A DNA stretch of 64,000 nt, taken from assembly GCF_003918875.1 (NCBI RefSeq), contig NW_025765780.1, positions 2,914,001 to 2,978,000 of the forward strand, given 5' to 3'. The position numbers and the translations under genes are program-made. This DNA is from Haliotis rubra. Taxonomy: Eukaryota. Shown in pieces: positions 40,734 to 52,859 of the stretch. Within the stretch, counting starts at the first letter, position 1, and each line of letters begins with the position of its first letter. The notes under the pieces are model-generated. The model saw nothing but the letters and a program-made list of their open reading frames with translations, did not search any database and was not told where the DNA came from.

Positions 40734-40836
40734 ATTGTGTTGTGTGATATCATTCTGTAATCAAGAACTCTGTTTGCCTTAATTGTGTTGTGTGATATCA
40801 TTCTGTAATCAAGAACTCTGTATGCCTTAATTGTGT
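40734..40836. repeat. 48 bp duplication
   Basis: attgtgttgtgtgatatcattctgtaatcaagaactctgt at 40734 and 40782. Confidence 0.9.
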
Positions 40837-40937
40837 TTTTTCTACAAAACCCCATCTCAACATTGCTCAAACTTGTTCCTTAAAAGGTTATCACTGAGAG
40901 AAGATATATCGCATGTATCATTGTAAATTTTGCTTTG

Positions 40938-41106
40938 AGACTGACTGACTGAGTTTAGTTTTACGCCGCTTTTAGCAATATTCCAGCAATAACACGGCGG
41001 GGGACACCACAAATGGGCTTCACACATTGTACCCATGTGGGGAATCGAACCCGGATCTTCGGCGTGACGAGCCAACGCTTTAACCACTAGGCTACCCCAC
41101 CGCCCC
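40938..41106 (-). mobile_element. SINE family A, full length, TSD TTTGCTTTG
   Basis: TSD at 40929-40937 and 41107-41115. Confidence 0.95.
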
Positions 41107-41236
41107 TTTGCTTTGCGATGAGATACATGTACATCACATCAAGTATACACAAGTTTTATGGCATCCTATATGTATAAACAGGATTCCTTTAAGATGAGAT
41201 CAATCATGTCTCATAGAAGGTGTTTCTTTAATATGA

Positions 41237-41402
41237 GGGGAGGTGGGGTAGCCTAGTGGTTAAAGCATTGGCTCGTCATGCCGAAGACCCAGGTTCGAAT
41301 CCCCACATGGGTACATTGTGTGAAGCCCATTTCTGGTGTCCCCCGCCGTGATATTGCTGGAATATTGCTAAAAGTGGCATAAAACCAAACTCAGTCAGTC
41401 AG
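41237..41402 (+). mobile_element. SINE family A, full length, TSD TCTTTRATATGA
   Basis: TSD at 41225-41236 and 41403-41414 (1 mismatch); intact A and B boxes. Confidence 0.95.
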
Positions 41403-41726
41403 TCTTTGATATGAGATGTATAATTATTTTATCATGAGAAGTTTATACTTGAGGTGAGATATATTCAATAAATTCTGACACAAGAGGAAAGATACAATAT
41501 ATGTCTCATAGTCAATCTTATATTCAGTTGAGTTACATCATTTGTTTCATAATAACTAGACACCAGTAAAAAGACATACCATATGTATCATAATATGTTT
41601 TACTTTACGATGAGATATGTGATATGAAACATAGTGTGTGTTACTATGAGATGTGTCATATGTACCATAAGAGGTTTTATTTTGAAATGAGATATGTCAT
41701 ATGTATCATAACTGGTTTTACTTGGA

Positions 41727-41889
41727 GTGAGTGAGTTTAGTTTTACACCGCTTTTAGCAATATTCCAGCAATATCACAGTGGGGAACACCACAAATGGGC
41801 TTCACACATTGTACCCATGTGGGGAATCGAACCCGGGTCTTCAGCGTTACGAGCGAATGCCTTAACCGCTAGGCTACCCCACCGCCCCC
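41727..41889 (-). mobile_element. SINE family A, full length, TSD GTTTTACTTGGA
   Basis: TSD at 41715-41726 and 41890-41901. Confidence 0.95.
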
Positions 41890-44800
41890 GTTTTACTTGG
41901 AAATGTGACATGTCATATGTATCATAACTGGTTTTACTTGGAAATGATATATGTCATATGTATCTAAACAGGTTTTACTTGGAAATGTGACATGTCATAT
42001 GTATCTAAACAGGTTTTACTTGGAAATGATATGTGTCACATGTATCATAACATGTTTTACTTGGAAATGTGACATGTCATATCTATCTAAACAGGTTTTA
42101 CTTGGAAATGAGATATGTAATATGTTTCACAACAGGTTTTACTTGGAAATGAGAGATGTCATTTTATCATAACAGATTTTACTTTGACATTTGCCACATG
42201 TATCATGATAGATAGTCCTTTGAGATGAGATATGTCATAAACATAAATGGGATATATCCCAAGTCATGAGTTCAAATATGTATCATGTTTGTTAGTGGGA
42301 ATTACTTTAAGATGATATATATTATATGTCTCATGGTACATTTCAGCCAATATTTGAAAACAGAATAATATTATGAACAGAGTTTATCTTTGAGATGAGG
42401 TATGCCATATTTATCTATGTAAATGTCCATAAGATATATTATTCATATATTACACCTTTAACACAAAACACCATGTAACACCATATTATCACTTTGAACT
42501 GATACCAAACATTTTGATCATGCACTATCATACAATTATTACAATATTCATTTTCAATACATAAACAATACTTTATAATTATCTTAGTATCAGATTTTTA
42601 GGACTTAGCTTTGTTGTCCAAGAATACATGTGAGTTTAAATTGAAAATGACATACACAAAACACGCCCTGATGATGCAGTATTAAGAGTAAACAAAAAAA
42701 AATTATTGTGAAAAATATTTTGATAAACGAAGGATGCAATAATCCAGTTAGCAAGACAAAATCTTCTAATCCTTCAGATATCAAACAGATTTCATGCAAA
42801 AAATACAAATTATTCACATAACATATGTTTTGGAAATATATCAAATACATTTGGTTTATCAAAGCATTTCTTAAATGTTAATGTAAGTTCACATTTTCTC
42901 CTTTGAACTCCACAAAAGGATTAAGCTGGCATTATCGTGGGGTTGTTTTTTAAATCATCAAATGCAATATAAATATATTAAAGTTCATCAAGAACAGACA
43001 AGATTACTTTGGATTGTTTTCTAATGCAATCCATACAAAAAAATTAAGTAGTTTAAAAACAAGGTTATCAAAGTGAAAATGAATATATTCAACATTGCAC
43101 TTCTGAGGGAATTAAGCATATCAAATTTTTGTGTTTCAGTGATACTGGTTACAAAATGTTGAAGGACCATCTTTACTGAAGATGAGTGTGTGGGCTATTA
43201 AATCTGACGTGATCAGCACCATTATCGTTTTATGAAACTGTTATCAAATATTTAAAAAAATTGACACATCATTGGAAAGTACTGCACCTATTCAAAATCC
43301 ATTTACAATAAACTGAACTTCAAAGAACCTTTCAATTCTCCTTGTCATATTTTCATAACTTACAAATAATAGGAAATATGATGATCATCATCTGATAAAA
43401 AACATAATGTAGGAAAGGACTAAATATATGTATAACAATAGATTCATTCTGAAAAGGCTGAAGTTAGGCTTTGCTACCACAAACATAGATCTGGTAGGTG
43501 ATAGATAAAGGGAGATAACCCTACTCTATCTACATCTGGGCAATTTATCTAATTCTATTAAATTATTTACTTTAAAATGTCAAAGATCTAATCCAAGAAA
43601 TTTACAGTCAACACGATACTTTTTTTTTAATTTTTAAAATTTGACTTCTTTTGGGGTATCAGTGCATATGAAATTGAGGCTGACAATTATTTTTTTCAAA
43701 CAGTTTTAATTATTTGTTCTGTAATCTATCAAAATGCAGCTGAGTATCCACAGAACCAAAACATATGGAAAGTCTGGAAGGATTCTTCAAATAGTTCTTT
43801 TTAAAATTTGAATTCAAATCAACAATTTCATCTGATCTTAAATCCATACACGTCCATTAACAGCGATTCATCATATGAAACATCTGCAGTTGCAATTAAC
43901 AAAGTATGGTTAAAAACAAATGTAATTTACATAAAAAACAAATGACAATTTTTTTGGTCAAGATATTTCATATTGATCGATGAAATTACATAATACAATG
44001 CATCTTCCTTCCTTTAAATTTCGGCTTTAGTTAGGTTAATTAACAGTATAGTTTTTATCAACTCTTCTAGCAAAAACCCAAGTTGAATTTCAGAAAAACG
44101 TTTTATCGCTACGTTAGCTGGGGACTTTGATGGATGTCATAGTAACGAGAATGCGTTCGCTCGTCTCATGGGTTTCTCACGTGTATGCCTGCGGGGTTAT
44201 GGAAATACGCCAAAAGGAGCCAGTGTTACCGTGGTACCACCTAAACATAACTTAACAAATTTTTTCAACCAACCACAGTTGCGATAAGAGATACGAGTAT
44301 AAACAAAAATGTCTCCCGAAATATTTATTCTATTTCTTATATGACATGGAAAATACCTGAGAGATTGTTTTTATGCCCGTAATGATTTTCATAATGATCA
44401 CAGAAATATTTGGAAGAAGGGTGTCTGTGGTAGGAATTTCTTAATCAGGAAAAAACAAGAAATTAATCATTGGTATTTATTGTGAGTATCTATATTGGGC
44501 AGTTGTTACAAGAAGGGGGTGCCTATGTAAACAGAGCCATATTAGTGTGGTCTGTGGGTCTTTCCACTAACACTGTCTTCGTTGCAATGACTTGTATGGT
44601 CCAAAATGTGACCTTCAAAAATAAGGACGTTAATTTCTGATCATTGATGGAGTTTCTGACAAGTTTGACATCAGTCATCCATCGCGTCTCCCATCACTAA
44701 TATATGGCTTATATCAAAATGGAAGTATAATTTTGGTCATGAATATTTTGCACAGTGTACATGTTTTTGTCATCTGGGCAATTGTCATGGCAACAGTCTA

Positions 44801-45431
44801 CCTGGTTATTTTGAAGCATGTGGAAGAAAGGATTTATTTATTTATAAACACGAAACATATCAGGAAAAAAGTGAGCATGGGAGAAAAAGAAAAGAAACAA
44901 AAAGATGAGGAAATGAAGCAAGAGAATGATGGAGTGAAAGGAACACAGGATAAGGAGAGAAAGAAAGATTTCTACAGAAAAAGAATGAATGTGTGATAAA
45001 AATAGAACACACTAAAACCAACAGAGCATGAAAAAGAACTTTTACTTCTTTGAAATATGAGAAAATAGAATCTCAGCTTCTATGAACATCTGTGATGCCT
45101 TGTGCAACATATGCTACCTCGTCCGTAAAACACCCATCCTAATCAATAAGTAAGGGCGTTCGAGTTATCTCGCCTGCGTTACATACAGGTAGCTAACTCA
45201 TTAATGGCATGCTAACCCAGAAAATAAAACATTTTCAACCTCAAAACCATAATTGTAAAATTACACAAGTTTTTGATTCAAGGCTCACATTTATTTTGAT
45301 AACATATAATTTGAGGTTTTATATAATCCTGCAGCTCTTGTGTGGGTGGTTGGTTTTATCACAAAAAATGAACATACTGTGTGGGCAGACTTTTTATGAC
45401 TATATGTACATTAGTCATACGTCTATTTCTG

Positions 45432-45545
45432 TCCGACTGAGGATTCTGGGTAAGAAACGGGGACTAATAACCTAGGCTTGTCATATAGGTGACTAAATGG
45501 GTTGGCGGCGCCTCGTCAACTTGGCAGTTTGCGTGTCATCATTGT
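45432..45545 (+). mobile_element. Degenerate 5' part of retroposon family B
   Basis: gcttgtcatataggtgactaaatgggttggcggcgcctcgtcaacttgg...tgtcatc resembles the reverse complement of 24203-24255. Confidence 0.45.
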
Positions 45546-45936
45546 TATCGACTTATCAGTTGCATTGTCAATTTCTTTACAATTTTGTTTTTTTTACACT
45601 TTCTGACTGACCACTTTCTCTGAAGCTTAGCATGGAGTCACAAAACAAGCATGGTTGGCCTTAGGTTGGATGTGGAGAATACTTTATTAGCTGTTCGCGT
45701 CTTTGACATCGATGCTGGTCTTACTTTTGGATTCACTGTACATTGGCATTGATATTTCCTGTGTCAATTCTTCAGAGAGATCTTTCGTAAAGTTTATGTC
45801 ACAATGACTCCAGTCATCAGAATCAGGAGGCACGGGTCACGGCCACCTTAGTAGGATGACTTCAGAAATGGAAGAGAAACTGTAGACCGTCACTCATCAT
45901 TCTGCTTCTATCGATTTTCTTACGTCGTGATTTTAC

Positions 45937-46830
45937 CTTGTTTCTTATAGATACTAAAGAAAAGGTCCTTAGTGTATGGCTATATCATGTAGGTATATCT
46001 TGTTTCTTATAGATACTAAAGAAAAGGTCCTTAGTGTATGGCTATATCATGTAGGTATATCTTGTTTCTTATAGATACTAAAGAAAAGGTCCTTAGTGTA
46101 TGGCTATATCATGTAGGTATATCTTGTTTCTTATAGATACTAAAGAAAAGGTCCTTAGTGTATGGCTATATCATGTGGGTATATCTTGTTTCTTATAGAT
46201 ACTAAACTAAAGGTCCTTAGCGTATGGCTATATCATGTAGGTATATCTTGTTTCTCATAGATACTAAACTAAAGGTCCTTAGCGTATGGCTATTTTATGT
46301 AGGTATATATCTTGTTTCTCATAGATACTAAACTAAAGGTCCTTAGTGTATGGCTATATCATGTAGGTATATCTTGTTTCTTATAGATACTAAACTAAAG
46401 GTCCTTAGCGTATGGCTATATCATGTAGGTATATCTTGTTTCTTATAGATACTAAACTAAAGGTCCTTAGCATGGCTATGGCTTGTTTCTGTTTCTTTAT
46501 AGATATCATGTAGGTATATCTTGTTTCTTGTTTCTAAACTATAGATACTAAACTAAAGGTCCTTAGCGTATGGCTATTTCATGTACTCTTGCACGTATAT
46601 CTTGTTTCTTATAGATACTAAAGAAAAGGTCCTTAGTGTATGGCTATATCATGTAGGTATATCTTGTTTCTTATAGATACTAAACTAAAGGTCCTTAGCG
46701 TATGGCTATTTCATGTAGGTATATCGTGTTTCTTATAGATACTAAACTAAAGGTCCTTAGCGTATGGCTATAATATGTAGGTATATCATGTTTCTTATAG
46801 ATCCTAAAGGAAAGGTCCTTAGTGTATGTC
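45937..46830. repeat. 62 bp minisatellite, about 14 copies
   Basis: Unit CTTGTTTCTTATAGATACTAAAGAAAAGGTCCTTAGTGTATGGCTATATCATGTAGGTATAT, with GAAA/CTAA variants. Confidence 0.97.
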
Positions 46831-48444
46831 TTCACAGAGAGTCAATACAACACGACAACACCCTAATCAAAGATGTGTCTATTTGTGTTTATTCCCCATC
46901 ACAACTCCAGAAGTGAACTTAAATTCTTAGAATGAAAGGACTTGGAAAAAGCTCCACTCCTGGAATGTTGCATATCTGTTTTCTAAAAGTTGAAGCTTTT
47001 AGTTTTAAATGTTTTTTTCATGATTAAAACATATTTTTTTTCATGCAAGATTTATACCTCTCAACATTCTTGCGCAATCTGTCCTAAAATACCCTACGGA
47101 AGGCTGAACCAGCAACAGTGAGGAAAAACACCACCAGTTAATTAGAACATTTATTGGCCACCTGATTTTATGTTCCTCCATAGGCAAAAACTGTTATAAA
47201 AACACATTTGATGTAATAGCTCCAAAGAATCTTAAAACTGACGCTTCAAACAGTTCAAAACAAGCTAAACTATTATGTAAAAACACATTTTTAACTATGC
47301 ATAAATATGACTCACGTTAGTTAATGTCAGGCTTTGATAAGTAAGCGACACTGAGACGCAGGTAACTATGAAACTGATTTATGTTATGAAAAGTAAATAG
47401 TTTTTTAATAAGTCTGTATTAAAGTTAAAACTTTGTATTAAGATGACAGTGGAATAAAAACTATGGGAGACTGCAGTTAGCTTTTGATGAGAAATGTTTC
47501 ATCACATTTTGACCATGTGGTGTTTTACAACATTGATTTCATTTTTGTTTAAATTGTTAACATTAAGGTTTGGTGATTATTGATATTTTTTACTTTTATG
47601 GGGGATGGGGAATGGGAGAGTGGGTTAGGGTGGTGGAGAATGTGTGTGTGTGCATGTGTGTGGTGTGAGTGCTCCTATAATAGATTAACATAAAGTCTCC
47701 AAAATATACATATTTTACAGAAAACATACAGCTATGAATAATCGTATATAATATAATAAAAAGCCAAGAGAATTTCATCATTTTGAAACTGCAGTAATCT
47801 AGATGTGCCAACTGTTAAAGACTTCCATGGGCTGTACTGGGTCATTAAAACCACAATCAGAAAAAATGATCTCTTTTCAATGACTGTCTGTTTGTGGGTA
47901 AGGAAAAATAAATATTAACAATGACAATCATACAAAAAAACAACGTTAATATCAACATCTTAAACAATAATTGCCCAAGCGCTGTGTATGTCATGGAAAA
48001 GCCTGCAGAAACAACTATGTTCGAAGTTTATTGTACAAATATCATACATCATGCATGCTTAATGTAAGGAGCATTTATCTATCTACAAAAGTCCTGACAA
48101 CCATCTTGGCATAATTAAATATATTGAACAGAACAAAATTATTTGGATTTTCATTTTGACTAAAATATCAAAAAAATATCTGTCAGTGTGTAAATCAGTA
48201 AATACAATCTGTGTCCTACTGTGAGAAGAAATCCAGATTGTAGTTGAATGAATCAGAGAAAGTTATGTGGGCAAGTATAGACCAGTGGAGACGGAGTTGG
48301 TCTGAAATAATAACCAACAAATCCTTGTAACAAGGGTTCGGAATATTGGCATCTTGTGTCCTGTTGAAGAAGGTGGGCTGTTTTCAGGACTGATGGATGG
48401 AAGTGTCCTATCTTTCCTTTCGTGGGATTGAGAGAAGTAGTTTG

Positions 48445-48756
48445 TTTGTGTGTGTCTCTCTCCCTGTATGTCTCTCTCTCCCCGTGTGTCTCTCTCTCCC
48501 TGTGTGTCTCTTTCTTTCTTTCTCTCTGTATGTGCTTTTATGTGTGTAGTTGTGTGTGTGTGTGCGTGTGTGACTCTCCCTCTGTGTGTGTGTCAGTGTG
48601 TGTATCTTTCCATCTGCGTGTGTCTCCCTCTGAGTGTGTATGTCAGTGTTTGTGTGTGTGTGTCTTTGCCTGTCTCTTCGTGTGCATGTGTGTGTGCATG
48701 TGTGTGCAAGTGTAGTGTGTGTGTGCAGCACAGCTGCATGTGCATGTGTGTGTGTA
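48445..48756. repeat. (TG)n/(TC)n compound microsatellite
   Basis: Direct. Confidence 0.93.
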
Positions 48757-50199
48757 AAGAACAAAAGACAAACACATATCTTCTGAGAAGGCCATGGCAA
48801 ACAGTGGACCCATCTCGTCTTGTCCTCTGCTACACAAATGGTATGTAACATACCATGTCACCCTGCCCTGACAACATGACATATATACACAGTGCCATGC
48901 TACTGCATCAGAACTAATTACTGTCACCATGCAGGGTGAGGCAGTTAGTGCTGTCACTGCAGTTGTACACTGCACTCAAACTCACGCAAATTGTTGCAAA
49001 GGGAGGTAACTTGCCTGCACATCCATACAAAGAAAATTCTCTTAATATTCAGGTTGTGCATTATCCATGATGGAGAACGTCTTCCCATCAACAAACACTA
49101 TCATGGAATCGTCCAAGGTCAACCTGTACTACTAATAGTATTCTCAACACAACAATATTGTTTGGCATGAGGACAGATTCTGATCACACCCCAAATCAGA
49201 GAAATAGGACATATGGTTTCATGAACAATGAAATTAAAGTATTACATTGAAAAAAAATTTCTATGTTCATAAAAACTACATATTTCCTAATCAGCATTTT
49301 TTCATAAGACAATTGCACAAACACTACTAATAAATGAAACTCGGATTCACTTCAAGATCATTCTAAATTTACAAAATCAATTACCATAATCCTCAAAATA
49401 ACCAGCTATACGTCATTTCCTAAATAGCCTTGTCGAGCATAAACACAAGTGTTAGCGTATTTCCCTGCGTGTCGATCACACCCAGACCCCAATCAATCCC
49501 CTCTCTAGCGCACTACCCCTCCAAACATCCCCCTCCCCCATTTGAACAGTTCATGTAATCAGGGAATCAGTGGGTCTCTCATGCTCTAATCTGAAATTCC
49601 AACGAGTATAAAAAAAGTAATTTAGCCAATTAGGTACTTTCAACGGGTCACCGAAATTCTCATCTGTTGGAGCCTGACAAGGGATTTTAAATGTACAAAG
49701 ATCTCCCCTACCTCCACATGAAGCAAGGTGTCCAATAAATGGTAGATAGGTGAAGTTTCATATAAGTGTTTACTTCAAGGTCATTTCCAGATATCCACTC
49801 ATTTGAATTACAAATATTGATTCAGTTCCCATTTGTTGAATCCTAATGATTGTGTGACGTCGTGTCAGTGGGAGATCTTCCACTCACTACTCCTTTCAAC
49901 ATCAGTCTAGTTTTCCTCTTTAAAATAAATGAAACTGAAAAGGTTTTTTCCTAAGTTAATGGCATTCTAAATAGACACATGTACAATGTGTGGCTTATAG
50001 TTGTGACTACAGCGTATCATCTTAAGGCTGTTAAAGTACAAGCATATGACACATTTCGACAATTAGTTTGAACTCTCTTTCATGATTTACATATATTCTT
50101 GTGAGTAGCACGTATAAGTGAGTGGATATGTTTACCCAAGGGACACTGATCAAGTGAAGTACCCATGTAGGTTAGATTTCACCACTTACATAGATGTTT

Positions 50200-51790
50200 C
50201 ACACATGTATATGTCCACCATCTCACCCATGTATATGTCCCACCATCTCACCCATGTATATGTCTACCATCTCACCCATGTATATGTCCACCCATCCCAC
50301 ACATGTATGTCCACCATCTCACCCATGTATATGTCTACCATCTCACCGATGTATATGTCCACCATCTCACCCACGTATATGTCTATCATATCACCCATGT
50401 ATATGTCCACCCATCTCACCCATGTATATGTCCACCCATCTCACCCATGTATATGTCCACTGATCTCACCCATGTATATGTCCATATGTCACACCCATCT
50501 CACCCATGTATATGTCCACCACCATCTCACCCATGTATATGTCCACCCATCTCACCCATGTATATGTCCACCCATCTCACCCCATGTATATGTCCACCCA
50601 TCTCACCCATGTATATATGTCCACCCATGTATCCACCATCTCACATGTATATGTTCACCCATCTCACCCATGTATATGTCACCATCTCACCCATGTATAT
50701 GTCCACCATCTCACCCATGTATATATCTCCACCATCTCACCCATGTATATGTTCACCCATCTCACCCATGTATATGTCCATGTCCACCATCTCACCCATG
50801 TATATGTTCACCCATCTCACCCATGTATATGTCCACCATCTCACCCATGTATATGTCCACCATCTCACCCATGTATATGTCCACCATCTCACCCATGTAT
50901 ATGTTCACCCATCTCACCCATGTATATGTCCACCATCTCACCCATGTATATGTCCACCCATCTCACCCATGTATATGTCCACCCATCTCACCCATGTATA
51001 TGTCCACCATCTCACCCATGTATATGTCCACCATCTCACCCATGTATATGTCCACCATCTCACCCATGTATATGTCCACCCATCTCACACATGTATATGT
51101 CCACCGATCTCACACATGTATATGTCCACCCATCTCACCCATGTATATGTCTCACCATCTCACCCATGTATATGTCCACCCATCTCACCCATGTATATGT
51201 CCACCATCTCACACATGTATATGTCCACCCATCTCACCCATGTATATGTCCACCCATCTCACCCATGTATATGTTCATCTCCCATCCACTCACCCATGTA
51301 TATGTCCACCATCTCACCCATGTATATGTCCACCATCTCACCCATGTATGTATATGTTCCACCCATCTCACCAATGTATATGTCCATCCATCTCACCCAT
51401 GTATATGTCTACCATCTCACTGATGAATATGTCTACCATCTCACCCATGTATATGTCCACCCATCTCACCCATGTATATGTCCACCCATCTCACCCATGT
51501 ATATGTCCACCCATCTCACCCATGTATATGTCCACCATCTCACCCATGTATATGTCCACCCATCTCACCCATGTATATGTCCACCAATCACCCATGTATA
51601 TGTCCACCCATCTCACACAGGTATATGTCCACCCATCTCACCCATGTATATGTCCACCATCTCACCCATGTATATGTCCACCATCTCACCCATGTATATG
51701 TCCACCCATCTCACCGTAGTATATGTCCACTCATCTCACCCATGTATATGTCCACCCATCTCATCCATGTATACATCCACACATCTCACC
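50200..51790. repeat. 24-26 bp minisatellite (CCATCTCACCCATGTATATGTCCA[C][C]), about 60 copies
   Basis: Direct repetition; source of the STISPMYM/HLTHVYV ORFs. Confidence 0.97.
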
Positions 51791-51805
51791 CCAGTGTAAT
51801 AGCCC

Positions 51806-52045
51806 CAGGGGTGGAAATAACTTTAAAATTGCTAGTGTACTCCGGTACAGTGGCACATGTAAAATCACTTGCCCTGATAATTTTTCCACTATACCGGCCG
51901 TTTTCTTGTTGATATTTTAAACAAAAAACATAATTAACATTGGAATATCAGCTGGACACCGATACAGTGTGATATACAAATTTGCTTGCCCGACAGAAAA
52001 AAACACTGGACTCGGGCGTCAGGGAATGGGTTATTTCCACCCCTG
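51806..52045. mobile_element. 240 bp MITE (hAT-like termini, 5 bp TSD)
   Basis: Perfect 16 bp TIR CAGGGGTGGAAATAAC (51806-51821) / GTTATTTCCACCCCTG (52030-52045), flanked by AGCCC on both sides. Confidence 0.9.
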
Positions 52046-52489
52046 AGCCCCCTTTTCATCTTTCTTTTTTCTCAGCTTTACCGATGTCATAACCTCTCAG
52101 ATAGCGCCTGTACTAATGTCACTGAGACCTATACCAAAAACAATACCCTGACTCCCTCTACATACAAAATACACGCTCAGAATACCGAAATAACTCCAGT
52201 CTCAAATACTACTTTCTTCACGAGTAATCCCAAATAGCCAGGATTCTGTAGATAAGAGCTTACTGGTGAGAACAGGATTATGTAAAACATTTGGTCTTTA
52301 TGTTCCTGATGAAGTACGATAACAATGACAAGAGGTTTGCTCAGACTTTCCCTTAAAGTAACCATTTTGAAAAAATTGGATTAATTCAAAATATCTGTTT
52401 TTATTCTAAAACAGCCTAGTTCAACAAAAGCTGGTTGAATATATCCAGAAAGCAGCTACTTCTTTAATCCAGCACACAGTCTCATTCAT

Positions 52490-52501
52490 CAAAATGGCGG
52501 C
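52490..52501 (+). promoter_or_regulatory. YY1-like motif CAAAATGGCGGC
   Basis: Matches the AAnATGGCGGC consensus; motif only, no functional evidence. Confidence 0.3.
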
Positions 52502-52859
52502 TGAACAAATCCAAATAAGGCGCTCTGGCAAAAATCTCTCTCACACATATGTAACTGGAATCATCATTTCAGAGGTTTTGTAAACTCTATGGCCATTCTC
52601 CAGTGGTTTACGTTACTGATATTCTGTCTAGAATCTGAAAGTTCCATTATCTACTTTTGATGGTTCTCTCAATATATATATACACATATATATACGTGAC
52701 ATGTACCCACACTGGAATGTCTCCCAGTTCTGTATTCCTCCATCTGTCATTATCACCCTGCTTCAAACCTCATTCCCTCAAAATTGAAATTCTGTAACAT
52801 TGATGTTTTTTCTCTCCTCAAATAAATGATACATTCCATGAATGTTTCCTGATTCAGCC

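Larger units (their letters stand above)
40880..42420. repeat. Old ~41 bp satellite (AGGTTTTACTTKGARATGAGATATGTCATATGTATCATAAC), interrupted by three SINEs
   Basis: Period 41 in the homogeneous core (41890, 41931, 41972); degenerate gagatgagatat/atgtatcat units extend on both sides. Confidence 0.85.

Noticed and set aside
45686-45836. Protein-like minus-strand frame (PVPPDSDDWSHCDINFTKDLSEELTQE...)
   Set aside because: In-frame stop immediately upstream with no acceptor or start in between; too short to assign
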